Under the pieces are notes generated by a model. The model was not told the origin of the DNA, did not search any database, and worked only from the letters and a program-made list of their open reading frames with translations. Shown piece after piece: positions 52,264 to 64,000 of a stretch of 64,000 nt of DNA. The position numbers and the translations under genes are program-made. Position 1 is the first letter of the stretch. Each line of letters opens with the position of its first letter. Source of the stretch: Octopus vulgaris (Eukaryota); NCBI GenBank assembly GCA_951406725.2, contig OX597815.1, positions 141,112,001 to 141,176,000 on the forward strand. The letters are read 5' to 3'.

Positions 52264-53741
52264 ACAAACCGCATGCCTTCCATTCTAAACACACTCGCAA
52301 GACGCTTTTAATGCATTTAAATAAAGGATTTAGCTTTGCATTGCCTGTTCATCTAATGCTCGTGTGGAAAATATGAGAATCACCATCATCATCGTCATCG
52401 CATTTACAACAGTTTATACAGACTGCATCACCAAGCGTATAATCACAATTGTAGCAATGTCTTTAGGGAATAGAAAAATGTGTTAGTACACGACATCTGT
52501 TTTGCAGTGTTATAATATTTGGTTTGTAAGCTGTTTTTGTTATTTTACTGTTTGCATTGTGCAGTTTATAAGCAATATAGAATTTGTGTTACTTTGCCTG
52601 GTGACGTTAGATTTTCGTAAGTAGCCTGTTATTAATGGCATGCGTTTTGCTGTCGGTCGCTGAGTGTGCAGAAAATGTATTACACTTTTTAAGGGATTTT
52701 CGGGTAGACCTCTGCGTTGTTTAGTCGTATTTTCGGGTGGTCGTTATATACATACATAGATAGTGTGTTGTGGCAGAAAGAATATACATACATACATACA
52801 TACATACGTACACATACACAGACATGTGCATACACACAATTGCTCACACACACACACACACAGAAACACACACACAGACAAACACATACGCACATATGTA
52901 TACATATATGTATCTATATATGTCTTTCTCTCTCTCTCTTTCTCTCGGTGTATATATAACTTAGGTGCTGAGTAAGTTTTTTAGTTTGATAATATATGAA
53001 TTCTGCTGTATATATTTGACCTAAGAATGAATTTGTGTCTATGTGTGTGTCTGTGTGTATATATGTGTGTCTGTGTGTATGTGTGTATTTGTGTATGGGA
53101 AATGTAATGAAAAACTGAAGATTTCTTTAAACATTTGTTTGTTTCAGATGCGAACACATTTGTAACCGAGTAGCATTTTGCTTTCTACACACTTCCAGGA
53201 GCATTTATTTTCATAACCAATGTAACGTCTTCGAGTCTCTTAAGATATTTTCCATAACAGATTTACGTGAAGTGTCTAATACAAAAATAAAATAAGCTAT
53301 AATTTTTTTGACCCTAATTATCTCTTTCATTTTGATTCAATGATTTTGTGCTAGAGATGGCAATAAAATATGTAATTGATCATTCACAATGATTTATGGC
53401 TCATGTAATACTAAAAGTTCTACTTTATAGTGTGGTTTTCGGCGTCCATATTAATATAATTATAACTTATAGGGTTACTTAATCTGTAAGTTAATATTGT
53501 TGGTAAGGAGGAATTACAACCGTGTTTCGTGGTCTGCTACCACAACAGCTTCTTTATAGGATCCAGTTAACTCAAGACATCATCAGGAGAAACCACGTCC
53601 GGTTTCGGCCCCTACTCCTCTACCGTTTTGACGTGGAGGTGTCTTCACCTCTGCGGTTGGGTGCATGTCTTCTTTCTTCTTTTTTCTGTTCCCTGGACTC
53701 TTCGATGTATGGTCAGCGAGTGTCAGCCGGTGACTTTAAAT

Positions 53742-53915
53742 ACCTGTGAGCAGTTCCCATGAGCACTATCTTTTGAATTTTTGCCATTTTAGGGTTTCCT
53801 GGTATCTGACCTAGGGAGCAATCAGCTCCTTTTTACTATCATTCCCTGAGCATGTATGACAACAGGTATTGTTTTAGTCTTCAGGTTGCACATTTTGCTC
53901 ATTTCTATTTAAAAA
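53742..53915 (-). mobile_element. R4/Dong-type 3' fragment
   Basis: MCNLKTKTIPVVIHAQGMI...QIPGNPKMAKIQKIVLMGTAH; abuts (TTA)n. Confidence 0.75.
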
Positions 53916-53921
53916 TATTAC

Positions 53922-53955
<34 letters not shown>

Positions 53956-53993
53956 ATTATTATTATTATTATTATTATTATTACTACTACTAC

Positions 53994-54048
<55 letters not shown>

Positions 54049-54059
54049 ATTATTATTAC

Positions 54060-54094
<35 letters not shown>

Positions 54095-54097
54095 GCA

Positions 54098-54157
<60 letters not shown>
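53916..54157. repeat. (TTA)n-(TAG)n compound microsatellite
   Basis: Directly visible. Confidence 0.95.
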
Positions 54158-54158
<1 letters not shown>

Positions 54159-55000
54159 AAAAGTGGGAAAAGAAACAAATATTTTAATATCTATGAAACT
54201 GTAGTTCACAAGGAAAACGTCTAGAGACCATGACGTAGATGTATGTCATGAAAGAGGAATTTAGGAAGTTATACTGACCTTTACATCCTCAAGGAGTGCT
54301 CCCGACAATAAGATTTATCAAGATAAGTAAAAGAATAAAATTACCAAAACATCAACCACCCCACCAAAAATGCAACGACATAAAAAAAGAAAACTAAAAC
54401 CACGTGTTAATTTAAAGTGTAGGAAGTTATTTCTACTGGTATTATTAAGAAATGATAAAATAATTTCACGCTTGGTTGAAAAGTGTCTCTTGTTCTGCAA
54501 AAAATGTTATTTCCATATGTATCTCTTTTCTGTCTCCGCAAAGTGAATGTAACGAATATGTTGGGTTAGATGCACTGCAGAACCCATACTTTCTCTTATA
54601 CGACATTTCGCCTAGGCCTCCTGTCATCATACCAAAACGAGAGTAGGGAGTGCTTGGGAATGGCATTTACGACAATTTCCCCTCTTCTGCTGAATCTTCA
54701 ATTAATTTTTGGTGTGAATCATAGAAGCACTGCTTAATGCATTCACAGGAAGCACATGGAAGGATAAAAAAGGTTTTGGGTAAATATCCAAACGTTGCAA
54801 TGTGCATGCGTCCCTACTAACTTCTACATATACATACATACAAACATACAGATGGCCAGATAACCGAACAGATGGTGTTGTGGATTTCCACTTCGGCATC
54901 TGAAACTCAGAGTTTTATCTTGGCTATTGAGTAAATTTAACATATTATTTTATATATATATATATATATATGTATAAATATATATGTATATATATGTATG

Positions 55001-55031
<31 letters not shown>

Positions 55032-55060
55032 GTATGTATATATATGTATGTGTATGTATA

Positions 55061-55113
<53 letters not shown>

Positions 55114-55164
55114 GTATATTATATATACATATATATAAATATATATATATATATAGGTATATTT

Positions 55165-55350
55165 GTGTTTGTGTCTGTATTTGGCTCTTCATTACCACTA
55201 GAAACCATTGTTGGCTTTTTTACGTCCTCATAACTTAGTAATTCGATAAAAGTGACGGATACAATAAGTATTAGGCTTAGAAATGTCCTGGTTTCGATTT
55301 GCTTGAATAAAAACCCTTCAAAGCGGTGCTCCAGCATAGATGCACTCAAC
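55165..55350 (+). mobile_element. SINE 3' half, decayed
   Basis: Aligns to 39400-39620 (cgtcc, aataagta, gtcctgg..cgatttg, gcggtgctccagca). Confidence 0.7.
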
Positions 55351-55751
55351 AAACAGAAACAAATAACGTAATAAAATAAAAGAGTATATACATAATATAC
55401 ATGTATATATGTATGTATACATACACACGCACAAACACCCCACATACACACGCAAATATATATAGAAAGGTACATACATGTTTACATACAAATCTCGGTG
55501 ACTACATATATACGTAACCATGATGTGTTCAGATCACAAAAAAGAAAGAATACAGAACACATAGTATAGTATACTCACAGATTCAAGGAGATACATGCCT
55601 GAAAGGTAGTATAGTGCATATGAATGCAATGAGATATTTGACGGTTTTATTGTTCAACGTTGGATTTCGAACTGAAATGTACGATGGAAATATTTTTGCT
55701 CTACCCACTGAGATATGAATATAAATATTGATAACTACCTATCTACCCCCC

Positions 55752-55836
<85 letters not shown>

Positions 55837-55859
55837 CAAACACATATATGGTTTTTTAT

Positions 55860-55911
<52 letters not shown>

Positions 55912-55915
<4 letters not shown>

Positions 55916-56049
55916 CCGTGTCAGGGAACAGGTCGCGGATTTTAGCGACGAAAATATTTTGACAAATTAAACTTAAATGTTGAAGTGAATCGAACGGTTT
56001 TGTGTGTTTCTTAAATGGCTTACAAACACCTTCCACGATGCAATTGTTA

Positions 56050-56052
<3 letters not shown>
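55912..56052 (+). mobile_element. Short insert in (TA)n with hammerhead scaffold (possible solo pLTR, family D)
   Basis: TGTCA-GGGAACAG-GTCGCggattttaGCGAC-GAAA-ATAT-TT/TGACA at 55919-55964. Confidence 0.5.
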
Positions 56053-56106
<54 letters not shown>

Positions 56107-56120
56107 ATATATATACGTAT

Positions 56121-56284
56121 ACGACGGGCTTCTTTCAGTTTCCGTCTACCAAATCCACTCACAAGGTTTTGGTAGACCCGTGGCTAAAGTAGAAGACACT
56201 TGCCCAAGGTACCACGCAATGGGACTGAAACCGGAACCGTGTGGCTGGTAAGCAAGCTACTTACCACACATCTACTCCTACGCC
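56121..56284 (-). mobile_element. tRNA-derived SINE 5' half
   Basis: Reverse complement matches 39200-39360 (ggtaagtagcttgcttacca, ttcagtccc, gtgagtggatttggtagacggaaactgaaagaagccc). Confidence 0.88.
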
Positions 56285-57159
56285 TGGCTATTTACCACAC
56301 ATACACTCCTACGCCTATATATATATATATATTATATGCACAAACTCACACACACAAACACGCACACATACACACACATACAAACACACATACGTTTTCA
56401 TAATGTATTTCATTAAATTCATAGCTAAAAGCTTTAGTCGTACACCGTTTTGTCGATCTCATTTATTGTAACAGTCTCACATTTTCTTTTAAGTCATTCC
56501 ATTAACTCCTTTGCAAACTGTATATGTTGTTATTCTCCTAAAACGGACTGCACAATTGCACTCATTACACAAAAAGATATTTCCATTAAAATACTATAAA
56601 TATTCCACGGTTTTATCATATCATGTCATATGTTTATTCTCTGCTTTTCTAATGAACCACATGTGTAAATGTATTTTGATTTAGTTATCATTTATGGATA
56701 CAATTAAGCATGTTTATTTCTTTGTGCCTGTCAAATATTGCATATATATATATATATATATGTATGTATATACGTATATGCATGCGTGTCCGTGTATTTC
56801 TTCGTATGTGTGTGTTCCTGTATATGTGTGTGCTGGTGAATTCGTGTGTATATTGTGTGTGCTTGCGTGAAAGTGTGAATGTTACAGTGCATTTCTATTG
56901 GTTTATATATGATAAATGTGCATTGAAATTAGTACATGTTAATTTAAACGATGTCGATTTCTTTTGAATTCATACATCATTATTTCATTGTGAAGTAAAT
57001 AAGAACGGTAATTTCTATGCAGATTGAAACTGCTGGCGGGTGGGCACAACCGCCAGAATTTCTACCTACATAAACACAATGTGCAGAAAGGTATGTTTAC
57101 ACGCCCACAACAAAGAATGTTTATATTCTCTCTTTACCTCTTTCAGCTTCTAATTTAGC

Positions 57160-57346
57160 TCCTACACGCATTTTTTCTCTCGTTGTTTCTCTCCTTGTTT
57201 TTTTTCTGTGTATCTTTCTGTCGAAGAGCGTAGGCTCGAAACGTAAAATACTTTTTCTATTTCTATTCCTGAGCGCCACACTAATACATTTGTTTGTTTG
57301 TACTCCACCTGCCTTCGTATTTTGTTTATTTTCGTAAACCTTCCCG

Positions 57347-57348
<2 letters not shown>
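57160..57348 (+). mobile_element. Family-A pseudo-LTR copy
   Basis: Matches 3490-3660; motif TTT-CTGTCGA-A-GAGCgtagGCTC-GAAA-CG-TA/AAA at 57215-57248. Confidence 0.78.
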
Positions 57349-57380
<32 letters not shown>

Positions 57381-57384
<4 letters not shown>

Positions 57385-57660
57385 TTGGCTATTCTTTCTA
57401 CTTAAAAGGGAGATCCCAGTAAAACCAAAGCACTTAAAAACCAAACGGCGCAAGCAAAAGAGAAAGAAACGTCCAAAATCATTCTATATTAAGTCACCTA
57501 CGGACGTACGTTTCGGAATTAAGTTATTGCAGAGCATAAAAATTAAATAATTAATTTTAATACACAGTTATTATTAATTGAGACGCAAGTATTTATAATT
57601 GAAGAGTCCTACGCTGAGGAGGAAAATAGTCAGGTAAGACATAATTATTTAACTTTTATG
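57381..57660. mobile_element. Family-E inverted pseudo-LTR pair with a split hammerhead
   Basis: 5' half of a hammerhead on + (57608-57660), 3' half on - (57497-57552), overlapping by an 18-nt inverted repeat. Confidence 0.7.
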
Positions 57661-58205
57661 ATGGTCCTCTGGCAGACGTTCGTCCTCAGCCGCCTGGATT
57701 ACTGCTCACAGCTATGGTCACACACCAGTGTAAAATTAACAGCGGACCTTGAAGCAATCCAGAGAAGATTCACAAAGAAGATCGTCTCTTTGCAACAGCT
57801 CAGCTACTGGGAAAGGTTGAAACAGCTAAGACTCTACTTCCTGGAGAGAAGACGGGAGAGGTATGCAGTAATATATGTCTGGAAGATCCTGGAAGGAATT
57901 GTGCCAAATATTGGCATTGCAAGCTACACCAATGCTAGAACGGGACGACACTGCATAGTACCAAAGATCCCAGCAATGCCATCACGCTTCAGGACCAGCT
58001 TCTGCAATAGCCTGTGTTTCAAGGGGCCATAGCTTTTTAATATTCTCCTAAAGAGTCTGAAGAACTGCACAAAGTAGATGTAGCGGTTTTAAAATCAAAG
58101 ATGGACATCTTCCTGTCGAGAGTCCCAGATGAACCTACCTCACGGCAAGAGATGCAAATGAGAGTAGCTATATCAAACTCCATTCTTCACCTGAGCTGAA
58201 ACGAG
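57658..58205 (+). mobile_element. CR1-group LINE 3' fragment
   Basis: LWQTFVLSRLDYCSQLWS...LEAIQRRFTK..LSYWERLKQLRLYFLERRRERYAVIYVWKIL; ends gagctgaaac, then (TA)n/(TG)n. Confidence 0.88.
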
Positions 58206-58232
58206 AGAATATATATATATATATATATATAG

Positions 58233-58265
<33 letters not shown>

Positions 58266-58689
58266 TATGTACTATCTCTGTATATACCGCACTGATAATG
58301 TAGGGTGTATTGTTATGCAAAGTCAGAAATCTAATCTGGGATTATCCAATAATTTTTTGCTAGTTTATTTGTTCCTTTTGTCTTTTCTCCTGGTGCTGTA
58401 TCAATACTTGATGTGGTTTATGAGTTTGACTGCTATGTCAAGCATGGTGGTATCCTTTAGATGCCCTTAATTGTGATTTTAATAATAACTATTACTATAA
58501 CGTTTTTATTTCCATGCTGGCCACTTGATATGATCGGTATTTTAAATAAAAATCTTAGACTTATTTGCTGTAGCCCATTTTTTACCAAGACAAATCAATG
58601 CACATGATAACAGTTCCAATCAGTTAAGACCAGATGCAATGAGCAGCACTGACTGGTACTGCATTTGGGCATTTTATTATTATTTATTA

Positions 58690-59820
58690 TGAAAGACTCT
58701 CGGATAGTCCTTAATTACCGGTTATTGAAATGAGGCAATAACAAATCACTATATGTTTCAAGTAGTGCATTCTCCTGTGACTCAAAAATGCGAGCTGTAC
58801 ACAAAAATGCTGTCTTCTGGATCACCTCGAGCCTGACAGCAGCTCCAAAATTTTTAATATGTTTTTCAAAGCCTTTGGAAACTGCTGCTAATACCCCAGT
58901 TACCACCATATCACCATTACTTTCGTCATACACCATAACTTTCCTATCTCGTCCCGCAGTGGCTGATATTTCTCAATTTGTTTTTCTGTTTCCTTGCCTT
59001 TCACTCTCGAATCGCCTGGAATTGCAACATCTATTATCTATACTTCTTTTCCATCTTTATGAATGTGCACAATATCTGGTCATCTTGCCTCTCTGACTTG
59101 GTTGCACTGCATGTTACGATCCCAGAGTATTTTGTAATGTTCGGTTTCCATTACTCTCTCTGGCTTGTGTCCATACCATTAGCCGGCTCTATTAAAGTTT
59201 GCTTTGCCGCACAACAGCCAGTGGACATATCTTGCTACACTGTCATGTGTCCTTTTCTATTCGTGTTTTGCGAGCATACAGCACTCATTATACTTCCTCA
59301 TTTCTCAGAGCGTATCGTACACTTTGGCGAGTCAGTGTTTTATGAATATAATATTTGGAGTTGTTTGTTATGAGAGCTTGTTCTTGAGAGCTGCACACTA
59401 ATGCCACAGTGGGCCCTTTTGAGTCTCCTTAGTGCAACCATTGCCAGGTTCTATTACAACAAATTTCATCTTTATTTTTCAAGAACTAACTCTGCATTTT
59501 CTTGTCCTGCTAAATTTTCTTTATCTGCTCACTCTGGTCTTTCTTGAATTGTGATGAATCTACATCTTCGTTCACTTTTAATGTTCCCTGCATTTTGACA
59601 GCTTCAATCATTTCTTCTTTACACCCTTTGCCGTATCAAGCCAGACTATTCTCCTCTTCCCTTACACAACCTTCACAACACACTAATCCTCGTCTAGCTT
59701 CTTTCTTCTTTATATACAATCTTTACATATCACTTTTGGGTGTAGTTCCATGTTCATTGTCATTAATTTACATGCGTTCCGGTCTATCTTTTATAATTCA
59801 TGCTTCTACCAATATTCTAT
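58690..59820 (-). mobile_element. Decayed R4/Dong-type element, 3' part
   Basis: AAVRLEVIQKTAFLCTARIF, AQEQAL and RRGLV remnants; TTA-rich tracts at both ends. Confidence 0.8.
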
Positions 59821-59864
59821 TCATTTTATTATCATTATTATTGTAGTTATCGTTGTTGTTATTC

Positions 59865-62212
59865 AGTTGTCTTATTTTTATCACGTGCTGTCAGTGCACT
59901 ACAGAGCACAGCTCTGTGTGCATTGGGTATGCGTTGTGGTTTGTAGTTATGCTCTTAGTTTTACTGTATTGAAAATGTTTTACGTGGGATATGTGCGTTG
60001 CCTAGTAGTGCTATTTATGTACGTTACATATACTTGTTAATCTTGGTGTTTTTTTATGAATTTGCCTGAATATTTTTATCTTACCTAATGCGCCTACTAT
60101 GATAGTATTTTTTTCTGTTTTTAGACTCCACATTCGAGTTACCTTTATTTCCAGATCATTGTATTTTGAATGTTAATCCATTTATTTTAAAGAAACCTTG
60201 TTATCTGTTGGTATTGATGCATCGATTAGAACGCTTTGTTCTCTTGATTATCTCTGACAACTATATCTGACCTATTGGCCTTAATTTCTCTATTTGTGTG
60301 TATTTCCCAGAGTATGGTTACTTTCCCATCTTCTGTGTGAAAGTTTCTGGCGTGTGCCTTCACCATCTTTTATATGTTGTTATTGATAGTGTTGTCATAG
60401 CTTCTAGAGTATATAGATCCCAACACTGTTGTGTCTCTGAATATTTCCCTTCTTAGCCAGGACTGGGTAGCCAGAGACAATATGATTTGTTGTTTCTTGT
60501 CTATCTCCACTTATTCAGCATCTATGTGTGTGTGTGTTTTTTCCTTATATGTTTTTGGCAATTTCTGGTGAGAAGGCTTTGGTCATGTGCTGCCACTAAA
60601 AATCCTTCAATCTCTGTTTTGATTCCTAAGCTCCTCAGCCATTGTTGGGATTTTACTCTGTTTATTTCTTATGCGTTTAATTTAACCCATTATTTGGCAT
60701 GAAGCGGCTTCTTGGCATCGTTTTATTATGATGTGTTGCTTTTCCAGATTTAGTTTGAATTCCAGTTGTTTTACAGCTTTTATTGCTTCTTCTTTTTCTT
60801 CGTAGTTCTTTGTTATTATGACTTCTTTTTTTGTATTTATCAGCTTCCTTAAAGTCTGAAAACAAGTTTTTGTTTTGTTCGTGTTTTGTGGCTATTTGTG
60901 GCTATGGTGGTTATTTTGTAACAATTTTTTAAATGTTTTGTAATACTTGTGTAATGCTTCTACCACCTTCCATACGTTGTATATATAACTTTTCTATGAT
61001 AGATTTTGGTGCATCCTAAATCCTGTCATCATTCTTCTTGTTTTCCTGTCTATTTTGATTCGTTCATTTAGAGTCCAGTTAAGGATATTGTAGCTGTAAC
61101 TTATAACTGGGTCGGCTAGAACGTTGATACATATTTTTTTTTTCCGCATTGAGCACTATTTTCAGTATTAATGTAAATCATCTATGATATTCTTTTCTTA
61201 ATTTCACTTTCATTTGCGTGTGTTGTATCGTATCTTGTTTATTCATTCCTAAGTATTTGTATGTGTGGCTTTTGTCTAATACGCTTATTTGATTTGACTA
61301 TCTAGTGCGATGTTTCCTCTTTTAAAGGTTGCTTTGGCACATTTTTCTGTGACAAATTTCAATTCTTGTACAGCGTGTAGTAATGATTCGAACTATTTAT
61401 TATTTGTAGCGTACAGTTTTAGATCATCCATATATAAGTGATGGATAACTGTTTTGGCTTAACTGTTGTATCCACATCCAGTTCTGTTTAGCATATCAGA
61501 TAAAGATGTCAGTGCTCAGAAGGAAAGGAGTGGAAAGAGCGTGTCTCCCCGGAATATTCCTCTTCCAGTGGGGATGACTTTGGTTTTTATGAGTCCCTCT
61601 TTTGTCTGGAGGTGTAGCACTGTATGCCATGGAGTGTTTTATATATTTTATGATTATTGAAACTACCTTGTTCATGGCTAGTGTTTCTATGATCAATGTG
61701 TAGGGAATACTATTAATTGCCTTTTGGTAATCGATACAGGTCATACTTAGACCCTTCTTTCTGCAGCTGTCCTCAGTGCAGGCCTTATTGATCAGTAGCT
61801 GGTCTTTACAGCCGAATGAGCCCTTTTGGAAACAGGTTGTTTCGGTCCCGATGCTTGCTCATTCTCTGCGATATTATTACAGTAATGTCTTTGTAAATTG
61901 TAGGGAAAGAAGTTATCGGTTTGTAATGTTGTGTGTTTGCCGTATCAGTGGATTTGGGAATATGGATAGTTTTCCCTTCCTTGAGACATTCAGATATTAT
62001 CTCTGGCTCTGTTAGTATTTCATTAAATTTCTCAACCAGCTTTTTATGTGTTCCTGTCAGGTATTTTAACCAGAAGTTGGGGATCTTATCGTGCCCGGGT
62101 GCCTTCCTTTTACTTAGTCTTTGCAGTGCATGGGTGACGTCTTCAGTTGTTATAGGGGTCCAAAGTTATTCAGTTATTGAGTTCGTTATTTTGATAGAGC
62201 TTTTCTGAGATC
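59865..62212 (-). mobile_element. Decayed R4/Dong-type element, RT to 3' end
   Basis: KAPGHDKIPNFWLK, CIDYQKA, GIFRGDTLFPLL, LYMDDLKLY, YKYLG, KPLHAK, QWLRSLGIKTEIEGFLVAAHDQSL; 5' break at (TTA)n 62214-62267. Confidence 0.88.
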
Positions 62213-62267
<55 letters not shown>

Positions 62268-62329
62268 GTTTTTTGTTGTTGTTGTTGTTGTTGTTATCAT
62301 TATTATAGGCCAGATGTTGAGCAGCAAGT

Positions 62330-62470
62330 CGAAAGGGAAAACTTCTATATTTTATAATATATCAGAAGAGTTAAAAGGCTATGTCGATCTAAGCTGGATT
62401 GAAGGAACCTGATAAGAGGAATCAATGTGTTGGTTGTAGGTGTGATACGTTACTACGCAGCAATTTTTAG
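62330..62470 (+). mobile_element. R4/Dong-type thumb fragment
   Basis: YIRRVKRLCRSKLD*RNLIRGINVLVVGVIRYYAA aligns with YYRRIRLVLKTELNSKNCIEAINTLALPVVQYS. Confidence 0.6.
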
Positions 62471-62969
62471 AGAAGGGGAGTGTTAATTACATCAACCAAA
62501 ATTTGAATCGTTCTTTATTTTTTCAACCCAGAACAGGTGATAGGAAAAGTTGTCCTCGGTGCAATTTGAACACAGAACGTAATTAACTAGAAGAAATAAT
62601 AATGGTTTGAAATTTCGGCAAAAGACCAGCAGCTTTGACAGGAAGGGTCTAGTCGATACTATCAACTGCAGTACTTGACTGGTACTCCATATTGCCCAAG
62701 CTAGATGGCTGAGATGAGAAGTTTAATAACAATACGTATAAATATAAGGTTATCAGATACGTATAGTTTCGTGTTTATCGAATCCGATACATAACTAATG
62801 TTTTGTTTTAGTTTTTGTTTTCTCAACAGGAAATATTATAAACGAACTCACAGCCATAGGATTTAGAAATTGTATCGTGAAGTTTCGCGTGCGAATGCAG
62901 TAATTTAATTTGTAGATATTCCTACTCTACCGCAGGTTACCCTAATCATAATGAAAATTCTGAATGCAG

Positions 62970-63033
62970 TAATAATAATGATAATAATAATAATAATAAT
63001 AATAATGATAATAATAATAATAATAATAATAAT

Positions 63034-63101
<68 letters not shown>

Positions 63102-63190
63102 TGATGATGAACATGATGATATGAATGCAATAATAATAAAAATAATATTAATAATGATAGCAATATTAATCATATAAATGATAATAACAA
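62970..63190. repeat. (TAA)n/(TGA)n microsatellite
   Basis: Directly visible. Confidence 0.95.
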
Positions 63191-64000
63191 TAAAATTTGC
63201 AGTTACTAATATTGCTATTGCCGTTGTATTGCTTTTGTTATTCTTGTTGTGTCATTAATTTATGTGACGTTTGCTATGAATATCAAACCAGAAGCATTTA
63301 AAATTACAAGTCATTTTTAAAGAAATAATCGTTATAAAATAAATTTATCTTAGAGTTATTTATTTCGTTGTTTGTTTTAAGATATCCGATGAATTAGCAT
63401 TGCGGTGAAGGTGGTGGAACCTGCTATATTATCGCTAGTTCAATTAAGCAGTCTAGTCAAAAGAATTTCTTTTCATGACAGAGATCAAATTTAGGAGAAA
63501 ATAAAGTATAAATTATGTGAAAAGTTTGACAGAGGCAGTAATACTAATTTTGTATAGATCAAACTTCGTGTCTTAGTTGCTAGTTAATATGACAAATTAT
63601 TGGAAAGGTTAATATGTGGCAGCAAATTTATTTTCAACTCTCGCCTATTGTAGAATTAATTTTTTTAATGGGTGATATTTGTACAACGTAATTTTCAAAT
63701 ATTCGTTTTTCTTTGTTTATCATTTAGTCCTTCATAATGTGTTTTCTATAAAACGTTCAGATGTTATCTGAAGGATTTGAATTCATAATTCATTTTCTCA
63801 TTTTCGTACTTGTGATATTTTCACTTGTGATATTTGTCTCTAGAAAAATATCTCTTCATGAATTTCTTAATTTAAAAGAGACATATATCAGTACAGTTGA
63901 GATAAGTATATATATATCAGTAGATATATTCTATTAATATTTTGCTTCTTGTATAAACTATCACTTGGAAATTTATTCTTTATTATTACTATATATTTTA

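Overview
AT-rich, microsatellite-saturated eukaryotic DNA with no host protein-coding gene that I can support. The repeat families resemble those I associate with octopus (inference). All recognisable coding sequence is transposon-derived: a near-intact R4/Dong-type RLE retrotransposon (43.8-48.2 kb, -) plus about 8 decayed relatives next to (TAA)n, a 4-kb CR1-clade LINE with a candidate 8-bp TSD (18.7-22.7 kb, -), three Penelope-like element (PLE) ORF fragments, further CR1-group and RTE LINE ends, mariner and maT transposase relics, tRNA-derived SINEs and two non-autonomous Helitron-like elements. The most interesting hidden layer is a set of about 10 hammerhead-ribozyme-like motifs, from several unrelated short repeats that mostly abut (TA)n (probable PLE pseudo-LTRs). 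They include a canonical-core minimal hammerhead (12.8 kb), a three-copy family sharing an A6U core change, a U4C variant (42.3 kb), and one ribozyme split across both strands by an inversion (57.5 kb). Retroelement families also appear to partition microsatellite targets: (TA)n, (TAA)n and possibly (CATA)n. All folds and alignments were read by eye and element boundaries are approximate.
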